64,000 nucleotides of DNA from Squalus acanthias (taxonomy: Eukaryota): NCBI GenBank assembly GCA_030390025.1, contig CM059432.1, positions 107,448,001 through 107,512,000 on the forward strand. The letters run 5' to 3'. Under the pieces are notes generated by a model. The model ran no database searches. It saw nothing but the letters and a program-made list of their open reading frames with translations, and was not told the origin of the DNA. The translations under genes and the position numbers were made by a program. Shown piece after piece: positions 51,086 to 62,589 of this stretch; position 1 is the stretch's first letter, and every line of letters starts with the position of its first letter.

Positions 51086-51679
51086 AATCTGGTCATGTTT
51101 AACATTGCTTCATGAAATCAGATCCCAGCTAAACATTGCCCTTGAAGGCTGATCACATGATCTGGCACTCCCGGCAAGGGAGCAACAATAGCAGGGAACG
51201 CTGGCTAGGAAATCAGGGGCCCACAACCCCTGTGAACACCAAACCCTGCCAGGAGAGCCGAATACTTAATGAGGAGAAAACCATAAATACTGGAAATCTG
51301 AAATTCATAAAAGCAGAAAATGCTAGATATACACAGCAGACTAGTTGCGACTAAAGTCTTCGCCCAGTATGTTAACGTGCCTGCACTCTTTACAGATGCA
51401 AACGGACCTGCTGTGTGTTTCCGGCAGTGCCCCGTTTAATCCCCGTCAATTGAAAATGGAATACTTCATGATTAGCACCGATACTTTTAAACCGCAATAA
51501 AACTGGCAGAATTTCAAACACTCGGCACATGAAATGTCGCTACTGAACCTTTGTCAGGGCTTTGTTATCTCTGCACATCGCCAAACATGCCCTGCGCAAA
51601 TTGAACACGATCCCGTTAAAAATGGCCCAAAAGCCTGGCCATCCCCCGCCGACAGGTCAAAGGGTCCGTGGCGCGTTAC

Positions 51680-52055
51680 CTGTCAGATTCCTTTGCTGGA
51701 GCCAGCCAGTATTCTTAGATTTGGTCAGGCCCCCTGCCGAGTTGTCCCTCACAGCTGCGGACACTTGAGCCGAGTGCTCCAGGTGAATTGCGTCATGAGA
51801 ACCCGGAGATTGGGAGCCCTCTTCCGCTGGCTGAGTGGCGCCTGCCCATTTGGCCATCGGTGAGGATTGGGCTCCCAGCCCCACCATGGTTCCTGGCAGG
51901 CTGCTGCTGGGTGGCCGCGTGCTCGCGGGAGTCGTCGTGCTGGGAGCTGCTGTAGTTTGGCCCGTGCCCCACAGCCTTTGCCACCAGCTCCACTGTCCAT
52001 GTGCCCCATTGCACAGCAGCAAACAGACGGAGACAGCGACAATCCCCACAGGCAT
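51680..52055 (-). CDS. COL15A1: Collagen XV alpha-1, signal-peptide exon with ~105-aa Ser/Thr/Pro-rich extension (may extend to an acceptor at 52074)
   Basis: The ORF MPVGIVAVSVCLLLCNGAHG-QWSWWQRLWGTGQTTAAPSTTTP... has a hydrophobic signal peptide with an AxG cleavage site. The donor ACAG|gtaacg after 125 codons + 1 nt is phase 1 and joins the phase-1 acceptor at 37274 (G+AG=Glu, ...NLT-E-RGSND). A pyrimidine tract + AG lies 19 nt upstream of the ATG. Confidence 0.7.
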
Positions 52056-52567
52056 TGCTTCTTTTTGGAAAACACTAAAAATAAAAAACAGCCCCTTACA
52101 ATGGTACGATGCTCCCAGATATCCTTTGCATCATCATTTACTTTCCTGCCGTTCTGCCCTGTTCTTATCGGTCTACAGCTGCCTTGGGTCTAACAGGAGC
52201 GTTCGAGCAGAATTGCATAGTAATTCCAAGCAGTTCACCACAGTGCCAACTTGCTGTTGCATTTGGCTTGGCTCCATGGGTGCCCGACCAAATAATTCCA
52301 TCTGCTAAGAAGCTGCACAGCCTGTTGGCTGCCTCATTCATAAGTACAAGCCAAATAGAATCAGCAGTTTCTTTCTCTCTAACCTGCAAGTACCAATCGC
52401 ATTGAAATGATTAGTCATTTAGGAATAAGATGCAAATGAACTTCATGCAGGGATCCCTCATCTGTCCCTATTGCATCTTAAGAGCGTCTTAATTAATATG
52501 GAGACATCTGTGCCAAGATAGAGCTTAGCAATTTTCCAGAAATATAACAATGTTTCAGCTGTGTCAT

Positions 52568-52875
52568 AGAAAGAAAGAATGAACTTGCATTTATATCGCG
52601 CCTTTCATGACCTCAGGACGTCCCAAAGTGCTTTACAACCAATGAAGTACTTTTGAAGTGTAGTCACTGTTGTAATGTAAGGAAATGCAGTAACCAATTT
52701 GCACACAGCAAACTCCCACAAACAGCAATGAGATAAATGTCCAGATAATCTGTATCAGTGATGTTGGTTGAGGGATGACTATTGACCAGGCCACTGGGGA
52801 AAGCTCCTCTTGCTCTTCTTTGAATAGTAGTGTGAGATCTTTTACATCCACCTGAGAGGGCGGACGGGGCCTCTC
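52568..52875 (-). mobile_element. Deu-domain SINE 3' part (further fragments at ~28360-28635, 55200-55380, 57520-57685, 60510-60712)
   Basis: Homology to 23707-24000. Confidence 0.7.
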
Positions 52876-54034
52876 AGAGTGTATTACTATTAATCAAAAG
52901 CGACTGAATGTGCAGATTCTGCTACTTTGAAAACCTAGTTTTGTTACAATTAAGCCTTTGTCCTTGTTTAAGCAGTCTTTAGGCCTTTAGAATGTCTCCA
53001 ACACATTCACACTCCCCACGACAGCCCTGAGCTTTCTCTTTACATCATCGTGTAAAGTAAACATGTCCAAGTAGGAATGTAAAAGGAAAAAAGGTTTAAC
53101 CCTCTTTTTTGCCCAAAGAGTTTCTGGAACTCGCCTCAGTGTTCCCAGTGGAATGTGCGTGGTTGGTTGGCCTCCTTCTTTCCCCGCTTAGGATTGTGAT
53201 TCCAAACAAATCTTCCTTTGAAAAGTACAGAAAATGATTAAAAAGAAACAAATCTTTGTAAGACTGTGGTCTCTGTGTTGCCCACGGGAAGCACCAACCG
53301 GAGAATTAAAAAGGAAAAGGCCAAATAAGAGGCGTTGTTTTTCACAAATCACAGATGAATATAATGCTGTTGAGCCACACAATGAACTACAGTAACCCCA
53401 GTAACTACAGGACCGCTCAGGAGTATTTGGAACGTAGACTCGCTCCCCCTTCTTGTCCCCCATGCGTTTAGTAAGATTATATCCTACTGTGCGGTCACGG
53501 GGCTGTGGATTTTACAAGCTCATAAATGACAGAGGCCGGGATCAGCTGCCTGTCATACAGTGGAATAATTGACTGTTCGTTTGCAGGCAATGGTACTAAT
53601 CTCGCTTAAAGTTATTAGTTTGTTGATGCAAAATGCAAGTTGGCCTCTCAAATAAAAACAGAAAGCGCTGGAAACACTCAGCAGGTCAGGCAACATCTGT
53701 GGGAGGGGAAGGTGGGGCTAAAGTTTCAGGTTGATGACACTTTCATCAGCACCCAGGAAGGGCGGAATTTAAGCTGGAATCTACGTGGAATGGGTTGGAG
53801 GAGCCGGAGACTGTAGCTGAGAAGAGATGTGGGCGCGAAAGTCAGTTTTATCCAATATCTGATCAACTGCAAGGAGGGGAAACAGAGCAATTAAGATAAG
53901 CGGGGTAAAAGAGACAGTCATAAACCATCAAGAGAAGAGCAGAATTTCTTCAGGGTTGGGTGTTCCTGGAAGAGAAACGGAAAATGCCGGGAGGACTCAG
54001 CAGGTCAGCCAGTATCTGTGCAGAGAGGAAGTAA

Positions 54035-54073
54035 GGGTTGACATTTCAGGTCGATGGCCCTTCATCAGAACCC
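54035..54073 (-). ncRNA. Candidate minimal hammerhead ribozyme (GUC cleavage triplet) in a divergent Penelope-pLTR-like repeat
   Basis: Minus strand GGGTT-CTGATGA-AGGGCC-atc-GACCT-GAAA-TG-TC-AACCC; stem I GGGTT/AACCC. Confidence 0.55.
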
Positions 54074-54929
54074 TGTATGTTTTCCTCTCTGGGGATTTTT
54101 CTACATTGCCACTCAGGACAGGTCGGTAACAGAGCATGGGGCAGAGACCCATACTGCTGGATCAATGCCCACTTTCTTAGCCCACATATTTACCAGTGCC
54201 ATCTCCTCTGGGTGCCGGACATGGGTGGGCGCATTTAAATGAAAGAATGATTATGGCGTGGCATCATAATGCCTTAGGTGATGCGGAGTGCATTAGAAAA
54301 GTTAAACGGACATTGAAACAGATAGACGAACCACTGCATCTTGAATGATGCCTGGCCCTTTAAGCTGCTGCAGGCTATACAATCATAGAGCAACAGTCAA
54401 CTGCACCCCTCTCCCCCCACCCCCCTAGCAGTGGTGGTTTCCCAAGTTCAGGTAGCAATACTGTCAGAAGGTCCTCCTCCTACAATACGTGAATGAAAAT
54501 AACCCTGGGAAATCAACCGCGGTCCACACCAATTACCTTGGGTGGGGGGCGGGGTGGAAAGAGTTGGGAGAAGGCCCACTCTGCTACATCTACAACAGTG
54601 GCATCAATCTCATAAGCAGATCCTATGCCACTTACGTGCCAGACTTGACTCGCATCACCCAGTATTTACTTAACCCCCAGAGAGGATGTAACAATCTGTC
54701 CCCATTGGCACACAAACTGGATATTGTGTCTTTTGCACAATGCCCTCATGTGTGCTTCTTTAGTGTTATCGAAAGTGGACAGAGAAATGCTTGGTCAGAT
54801 GAGGCAAGGTGAATCACTAAGCTGCTTTATTTCACAGCAAGTGTATGTACGGGGCAACAGTTGTGATTGTATTTACTTAATTCAATCAATACAACTTGTC
54901 TTTGTGAAATTATACATCAGTGGGTTACC

Positions 54930-55180
54930 TTACTTGAAAATTCCCATTGACCCAGCATCCACAGCCTTTTGGGGGGGAGAGAGTTCCACATTGCCACTAA
55001 CTTTTTTGTGAAAAAGTGCTTCCAGATTTCATTCCTAGCTTTAATTTGAAAATTATCCCCTTTTGTTCTGGATTCACTCACCAGAGGAAATAGTTTCTCT
55101 CTCTACCTGATCATACCCCTTTCTCATTTTAAGTACTTCAATTAGATCAGCTCTCAACCTTCTAAACTCAATGGAATGAA
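54930..55180 (-). mobile_element. Decayed CR1 C-terminal fragment
   Basis: Minus strand RRLRADLIEVLKM...KHFFTKK..WNSLPPKAV-like. Confidence 0.6.
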
Positions 55181-55954
55181 CTCAATGGAATAGCCTCCAC
55201 CAGGAGAACTCCCCTGCTCTTCTTCAAATAGTGCCATGGGATCTTTTACATCCACCTGAGACAGTAGACGGGGCAGCATGTCAGAAACTGGAGTGTGAGC
55301 CTAGATTTTGTGCTCAATTCTTTGGAATGGGGCTTGAACCTTGTGACACGGAGACAAGGGTGCTACCACTGAGCCACAGCAAGAACCTTCAAGAAATCAA
55401 AGAAACAAAAGACATGAGACAAATCACAAGGAGTGTGTCAACAGCTTGGGAGGGGGGCAGGTGGAGGGTGGGTGGGGGGTGGGCGACGGTGCAGATTGGT
55501 AGATGAAAAGGGAAGCATGAAAAACTGGCAAAGCGGAGCAGGCTCCAGCAGACTAGGAGCTTGGTAGAAGGGAAAAACAGGATGACACCAACGGTGCAGA
55601 CCACCTCATCAGCAGGTGGTTCTGATGGAGGGTCTCCACCTCAAGTGCCAACCCGCTCCTTTCCTTGAACCGACAGCCCACCCATTTTTACATTGCCAGC
55701 ACTGCTTGCCAGAGAGAAAATGGGAGCTGTAGACAAAGTCTGCAGTTCTTAAAGTACATTTAAGGATTCATGCTTCAACCACGGAAGAGGTGTTGGTTAG
55801 CAACTCCTGCAATAAATGATAAGAAATGATGCTAAAAGATCTTATTTGTTTACAAGTACTCAGGAGTAAAGGCCCTGTAGATCCTTACCCCAGAGCATTT
55901 TTCAGGCCATTCCCAGCAGGTTTGATTTTCTCCCCAGTTCTGTATAATTACATA

Positions 55955-56279
55955 ACTGAAAATGCTGGAAACACTCAGCAGATCAGACTCATCAACCTGA
56001 AACATTGGGCTGGATTTTGTCTTGGGGTCGGGTTGGGGTCGTGTTACCCACATTTCGTGTTGCCCCCCCGACTCCAGATTAATGTGGATGAATGATGCAA
56101 TTTTCACTTAATTGGGTAATTGAGTTCCAGCATGTGGGAACCCATGAACCAATTAGTGGTTTCAGTCTGAAAGTCGCCTCTGATGATGTCATCATTGCAG
56201 GTCAGAGACTGACTGCCTGGTCTCAGAGACTGCCTGGCTTTTGGTGTGAGAGGACCTGGATGCAAAATGAGCAGCAGCT

Positions 56280-56314
<35 letters not shown>

Positions 56315-56878
56315 TTTTGCATCCAGGTCCTCTCACAGCAAAGGCCATGCAGTTTCTGAAGACATTCAATGCAGCAGCATCAGAGGCGACTTTCAGACCT
56401 AATACTACTACTACCTTCATCACATCTCCGTTGTAATAGTGGACCTGCAGCTGATAGTCAGCTATCCACTTGTGCTCCCGCCAGGTTTCACTGGCGTGTT
56501 TCACATCAGGTGTACTTCATGTCGGAAAAGGGTTAAACTAGCTAAAACGTTTCAAAAGGGCATTACAGAGCCAATTTAGGGATAGTTAAGACCGTTAATG
56601 GCCTCTTGCGCCTCTTGGAGGCGGGATGGAGTCGGGAACCCCGCGACCCATTTTGTCAAACTTGCGTGGATGCGTGTTAGGGTCAGGATGGGGTTGGGAC
56701 CCCCGAATCTGCTACTTTAACCCCCCACACGCCTCCAAACCCGACTCCATGGGTCATTCAAAATCCAGCCCATTAACTCTGTTTCTCTCTCCGCAGATAC
56801 TGCCTGACCTGCTGAGTGTTTCCAGCATTTTCTGTTTTTTATTTCAGATTTCAAACATCCGCAGTATCTTGCTTTTGT
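55955..56878. mobile_element. Penelope pLTR element interrupted at its hammerhead by a MITE
   Basis: ...atcaacctgaaac|att...att|aactctgtttctctctccgcagatactgcctgacc... Confidence 0.7.
56007..56771. mobile_element. Harbinger-type MITE with near-perfect TIR (gggctggatttt / aaaatccagccc) and 3-bp TSD ATT
   Basis: att|gggctggattttg...aaaatccagccc|att; internal long hairpin around a (GA)n tract. Confidence 0.85.
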
Positions 56879-57796
56879 TCGCTATAGTAACATCTGTCTC
56901 TGGTCTGTTTTTTGGACCCAAGTTTTAGTTGAGTTTTTCCACAGCTTCTGTCTACTTTTTTTTCCCCTCTACGTGCTAGACTCCAATTTTAAAATGTCGG
57001 TAAACTGTTGGAAAGCTTCCCCGCTCGCCAGTGGTCACAATGGATGTTTTTGGTGCCTAGCAACAGATTGCGATGCAGCTTCCTGTGAGCTCTTAGTTGG
57101 CTAGGAGGTCAAGTAAATCAGAGGAGATCGTCAAGAAAGGCAGGGGCCCTCGGCCAGCCTCGTCCGCTGAGCTCTAAAAATTACACCACTCCTTTCCCTC
57201 CTCCTGCTGTCCTCTGCACGCTGAGAAGTCAGTTCACAAGCATCAAGAACGGGCATTGCTCGAGGATTTGGTCGTCCACTCCTAGTCATGGTTGGTGTGA
57301 GTGCAACATCTTTCAGATTGAAAACTTTCTGCCTGGATCAAGCTCTCCTTTTTGGCAACGTCTGTGATACAGAGAAGTCCGATGGGATGAGTCACTGCTA
57401 ATGCTCCTCTGACACCGATACATCAGCAGCATGACTCATGATTTTTTTAAAGACCATTCAACGCATACAGCTTTCCTCATATCTAGGCCCTTGTTCAAGA
57501 GACACACAGGTCTACCCTCTCAGGTACCATGGCACTATTCGAAAAAGAGCAGGGGAATTCTCCCCGGTATTATGGCCAGTATTTATCCCTGAACCAACAT
57601 CACTAAAAACAGATTATCTTGCCATTCATCACATTGCTGTTTGTGGGACCTTGCTGTGCAGAATTTGGCTGCCACGTTTCCTACATGCTACCTGCAGGAG
57701 TGGTTCTTGCCCTGTGTAAAGGTTCGGTTTGGGGGGAACTGGATTCGCCCGGGGCCCGTGACAGTGTAACTACATGGGTCTCACGATCCTTCACCC

Positions 57797-59280
57797 TCGT
57801 TACTGTGTAATTACACGCCCCCCCCCGTTACTGTGTAATTACACGCCCCCCCGTTACTGTGTAATTACACGCCCCCCCGTTACTGTGTAATTACACGCCC
57901 CCCCGTTACTGTGTAATTACACACCTCCCCGTTACTGTGTAATTACACGCCCCCCCGTTACTGTGTAATTACACGCCTCCCCGTTACTGTGTAATTACAC
58001 ACCCCCCCGTTACTGTGTAATTACACGCCTCCCCGTTACTGTGTAATTACACACCTCCTCATTACTGTGTAATTACACGCCTCCCCGTTACTGTGTAATT
58101 ACACGCCTCCCCGTTACTGTGTAATTACACACCTCCCCATTACTGTGTAATTACACGCCTCCCCATTACTGTGTAATTACACGCCTCCCCGTTACTGTGT
58201 AATTACACGCCTCCCCGTTACTGTGTAATTACACGCCTCCCCGTTACTGTGTAATTACACGCCCCCCCGTTACTGTGTAATTACACGCCCCCCCGTTACT
58301 GTGTAATTACACGCCCTCCGTTACTGTGTAATTACACGCCTCCCCGTTACTGTGTAATTACATGCCCTCCGTTACTGTGTAATTACACGCCTCCCCGTTA
58401 CTGTGTAATTACATGCCCCCCGTTACTGTGTAATTACACGCCTCCCCGTTACTGTGTAATTACACACCTCCCCATTACTGTGTAATTACACGCCCCCCCG
58501 TTACTGTGTAATTACACGCCTCCCCGTTACTGTGTAATTACACACCTCCCCATTACTGTGTAATTACACGCCTCCCCGTTATTGTGTAATTACATGCCCC
58601 CCTGTTACTGTGTAATTACACACCCCCCCGTTACTGTGTAATTACACGCCTCCCTGTTACTGTGTAATTACACACCTCCTCATTACTGTGTAATTACACG
58701 CCTCCCCGTTACTGTGTAATTACACGCCTCCCCGTTACTGTGTAATTACACACCTCCCCATTACTGTGTAATTACACGCCTCCCCGTTACTGTGTAATTA
58801 CACGCCTCCCCGTTACTGTGTAATTACACGCCTCCCCGTTACTGTGTAATTACACGCCCCCCCGTTACTGTGTAATTACACGCCCCCCCGTTACTGTGTA
58901 ATTACACACACACCCCCATTACTGTGTAATTACACGCCCTCCGTTACTGTGTAATTACACGCCTCCCCGTTACTGTGTAATTACATGCCCTCCGTTACTG
59001 TGTAATTACACGCCTCCCCGTTACTGTGTAATTACATGCCCCCCGTTACTGTGTAATTACACGCCCTCCGTTACTGTGTAATTACACGCCTCCCCGTTAC
59101 TGTGTAATTACATGCCCCCCGTTACTGTGTAATTACACGCCCCCCCGTTACTGTGTAATTACACGCCCCCCCGTTACTGTGTAATTACACACACACCCCC
59201 GTTACTGTGTAATTACACGCCTCCCCGTTACTGTGTAATTACATTGTCCCCCACCTCCCCGTTGCTGTTTAATTACACGG
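57797..59280. repeat. Minisatellite, ~26-bp unit (CCCCGTTACTGTGTAATTACACGCCT), roughly 55-60 copies
   Basis: Directly visible; near-invariant core ttactgtgtaattaca with a variable C-rich linker. Confidence 0.97.
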
Positions 59281-59461
59281 GTCGCACAGCCCAAACCCCT
59301 CACCCCCACCCCCGCTGGACTGGATCGGGGCCCGGGCGGATGCGCAGGTTACACAGGGCCTAATGCAGTCCCTGGCTGCCTGATCTGCCGAGTGTTTACA
59401 GCATTTTTTGTTTCAGATTTTCAGCATCTGAAGTTTTTCTTTTATAGTTTCTGTTCATTTA

Positions 59462-60063
59462 GGGGAAAAATTGAGTCACGCCCCCTTTGGGGCGCTAACT
59501 TCGCCAGGGCGCTACTTTTAGAGCCCCGAAAAAATTAGCGCCCCCGCGGCCGAACTTCATCGGTAGCGCCCTAAGAGGGAAGTGGGGCACTACTGGAAGC
59601 GGCCCACCTCCCTCTTGGGGTGCTGCGAGGGAATATCGCGGCGCTCTTAAAGGGGGGGGGCCTTACGCAGCACGACCCGGGGCCCAGCTGGGTCACCAGG
59701 GATCGGAGTGCTGGCAAAACAGCCCGGCACTCAAGAGAAGTGTCGGGCTCACGGAGCTGGTCAGGAGGCCGGGGACGGCAATGGGGGCAGGTGCTGGCAG
59801 GCGGCCAGCAACAAAAATGGCTGCCCAGCACGTCGCCTTTAATTAACGCCGCCCCGGCTGCAGGTAGGCCCCCCTGGCCCCGTCGGACATAGTGTCCGGT
59901 GGTAAGTCAGGGGGCGCTACCGAAGATCGCGGCCGGGGCACAAGCAGGGCGCTAACGGTTACCGCTGAATTTCGCGGGAGGCGTTGGCGGTGCCGCACCC
60001 AGGCGCTAGTTGCTTTGCGCCCCGTTAGCGCCCGGTGGCGCAAAGCAACCGAATTTTTCCCCC
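59462..60063. mobile_element. GC-rich Harbinger-type MITE
   Basis: TIR ggggaaaaatt / aatttttcccc; inverted homologue of 41694-42375. Confidence 0.75.
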
Positions 60064-61399
60064 TAAATATTTTGTTCAATTGTCAGTACAGCAAACTTTT
60101 TAAGTTAAGCATAAACGAGATGCAGGGTGGATTTTGTTTTCCTTTTCTGATTCCTGTAATTCAGTTGTACAAAGGTGCCAAGTGCGGCCAGTTACTAGTG
60201 AGGGAGAGAGGCAGTGCTGTCACGCAGTGAACTAGGTTGTGATATAAAAACATAGAAACATAGAAAAATAGAAGCAGGAGTAGGCCCTTCGAGCCTGCTC
60301 TACCATTCAATATGATCTGCTATCTCAATACCATATTCCCTCTCTCTCCCCATACCCCATACCCCTTATGTCCGAATAAACACTCATCTACACACATACC
60401 AGAGGATGTAGAGAGTGAGCTTGAGGAGGTAGCACCGGGTGAGTCACAGTGTACAGGTGAGGAGGGGTAAGTGGTGGCGATGGAGGAGAAGAAGCAGGAA
60501 CCTGCAGGGCCTTGGGATCATTTACATCCACTTGAGAGGGTAGATGGAGAATTGATAGAACATCTCATCCAAAGGACAGTGACAGTGCAGCACTCCCTCA
60601 GGACTACACTGGAGTGTCAGCCCAGATATGTGCTCATGTTTCTGGAATGGGGGTGAACTCATAACCATCTGACTTCGAGGTGGGAGTGCAGCCACCAAGC
60701 CAAGGCTGACACCTGTATGACAGAGATTGCAGTTAAGCAGCATCATCTACTTGAGTTCATGCAAATACCCTGCAAAGTCTAGCTAGGGGTGCAGGAGGAG
60801 TCCACTAGCGGCACTTTGCATAGATGAGGGAGAAGGGAATAGGAAGATACGGGGCGGAAGTGGGGGGAAGCAGTGTGGGAAGAGGAAATTAGAGTGGGAG
60901 GAGGCTCGTGTCAAATATGAACACCTGCATAGACCAGTTGGGCTGAATGGCCTGTTTCTGTGCTGAAGATTCTATGTAACTCTATGTGCAGTGATTCACA
61001 AAGAATTCTCTAGAACGCAGTCTACTATGCAGAGCAACTCCAGGAGCATTTGTGGCAGAGCCCTTAGTCCTGAACACAGTGGGAGCATCTCTCTTGAATG
61101 ATCAGACTGCTACTACAGGACTGGAGCTCCAATCTATAAGAGGCTTCAACATGCTGGGGTGGGGGCGGGGTACAGATAGGGAGTGTCAGGAGGCAAGACT
61201 TCACAGACCTCATTGTTACCCTCAGGCCTACTCCCTCACAGGTCAATGGTGACATTGAGCCTCAAGGGTATGGCTGGAGTAGTGGTAGATGAGGTTGCTG
61301 TCAATCAGGGAGAACCAGCCCACCTGCACAAGTGGCACTAGATTCAGCGGAAAGCAGCGGTTATGGCTGAATCAACTGAAGGTTATAGAGTCACCTGTA

Positions 61400-62515
61400 T
61401 CCTAGGCCCAACCATCTTCAGCTACTTCATCAATGACCTTCCCTCAATTGTAAGGTCAGAAGTGGCGATGTTTGCTGATAATTGCAGTGTTCACTTCCAT
61501 TCGCAACTCCTCAGATAATGAAGCAGTCTATGCCTGCTGGACAACATTCAGGCTTGGGCTGATAAGTGGTAAGTAACATCCGCGCCACACAAGTGCCAGG
61601 CATTGACCATCTCCAACAAGAGAGAGTCTAACCACATCCCCTTGACATTCAAAAGCATTACCATCATCAAATCCCCCACCATCAACATCCTGGGGGGGTC
61701 ACCATCGATCAGAAGCTTAACTGGACCAGCCACTTAAATACTGTGGCTACAAGAGCTGGTCAGAGGCTGGGTATTCTGCGGCGAGTGACTCACCCCCTGA
61801 CTCACCAAAGCCTTTCCACCATCTACAAGGCACAAGTCAGGAGTGTGATGGAATACTCTCTACTTGCCTGGATGAGTGCAGCTCCAACAACACTCAAGAA
61901 GCTCGACACCATCCAGAACAAAGCAGCCCGCTTGATTGGCACCCCATCCACCACCTTAAACATTCACTCCCTCCACCACCGGCGTACCGTGGCTGCAGTG
62001 TGTACTATCTACAAGATGCACTGCAGCAACTCACCAAGGCTTCTTCGGCAGCACCTCCCAAACCTGCGACCTCTACCACCTAGAAGGACAAGGGCAGCAG
62101 GTGCATGGGAACACCACCACCTCCAAGTTCCCCTCCAAGTTGCACACCATCCTGAATTAGAAATATATCGCCGTTCCTTCATCGTCGCTGGGTCAAAATC
62201 CTGGAACTCGCTCCCTAACAGCACTGTGGGAGCAATGTTCCCTTTAAGTTGCACGGCTACATGGCCGTGCAGCTCTCTGCAGCTCTTGCACAGCCGGCTC
62301 ACCGGCTTTTAAATAGGAAAAACAGCGTATGCGCCGTATTTTGAATGGGCCGTGCACCAAAAAAAATTAAAGGGAACATTGTGTGGGAGTACCTTCACCT
62401 CACAGACTGCAGCGGTTGAAAAAGGTGCCTCACCACCACCTTCTCAAGGGCAATTAGGGATGGGCAATAAATGCTGGCCTTGCCAGCGACGCCCACATCC
62501 CATGAACGAATAAAC
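61400..62515 (+). mobile_element. CR1/L2-group LINE 3' portion (distinct family)
   Basis: LGPTIFSYFINDLP...MFADN, and ORF 61743-62312 LSTIYKAQVRSVMEY...LDTIQNKAARLI; 3' end gggatgggcaataaatgctggccttgccagcgacgcccacatccc. Confidence 0.85.
62233..62381. mobile_element. hAT-type MITE, 149 bp, 15-bp TIR, perfect 8-bp TSD
   Basis: tgtgggag|caatgttccctttaa...ttaaagggaacattg|tgtgggag. Confidence 0.9.
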
Positions 62516-62589
62516 AAGAATTCCAGGCGCTTCCCACTGAAACCCGTCAGTCAGTCAACATAAGCCCTCCTTCCACTGGGGAATCACTT

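Noticed and set aside
37275..51679. Frizzled cysteine-rich domain, as in the longest collagen XVIII isoform
   Set aside because: The extended exon reaches a stop 7 codons past its donor, and I saw no ORF with Frizzled-type cysteine spacing in this intron.
53188..53463. 91-aa minus-strand ORF upstream of the signal-peptide exon
   Set aside because: No recognisable homology or splice support. The region may be regulatory, but that cannot be shown from sequence alone.
57797..59280. CRISPR-like array (palindromic repeats with variable spacers)
   Set aside because: The linkers are only 7-10 nt of C-rich sequence that are variants of one another rather than unique spacers. There are no cas genes, and the context is vertebrate.
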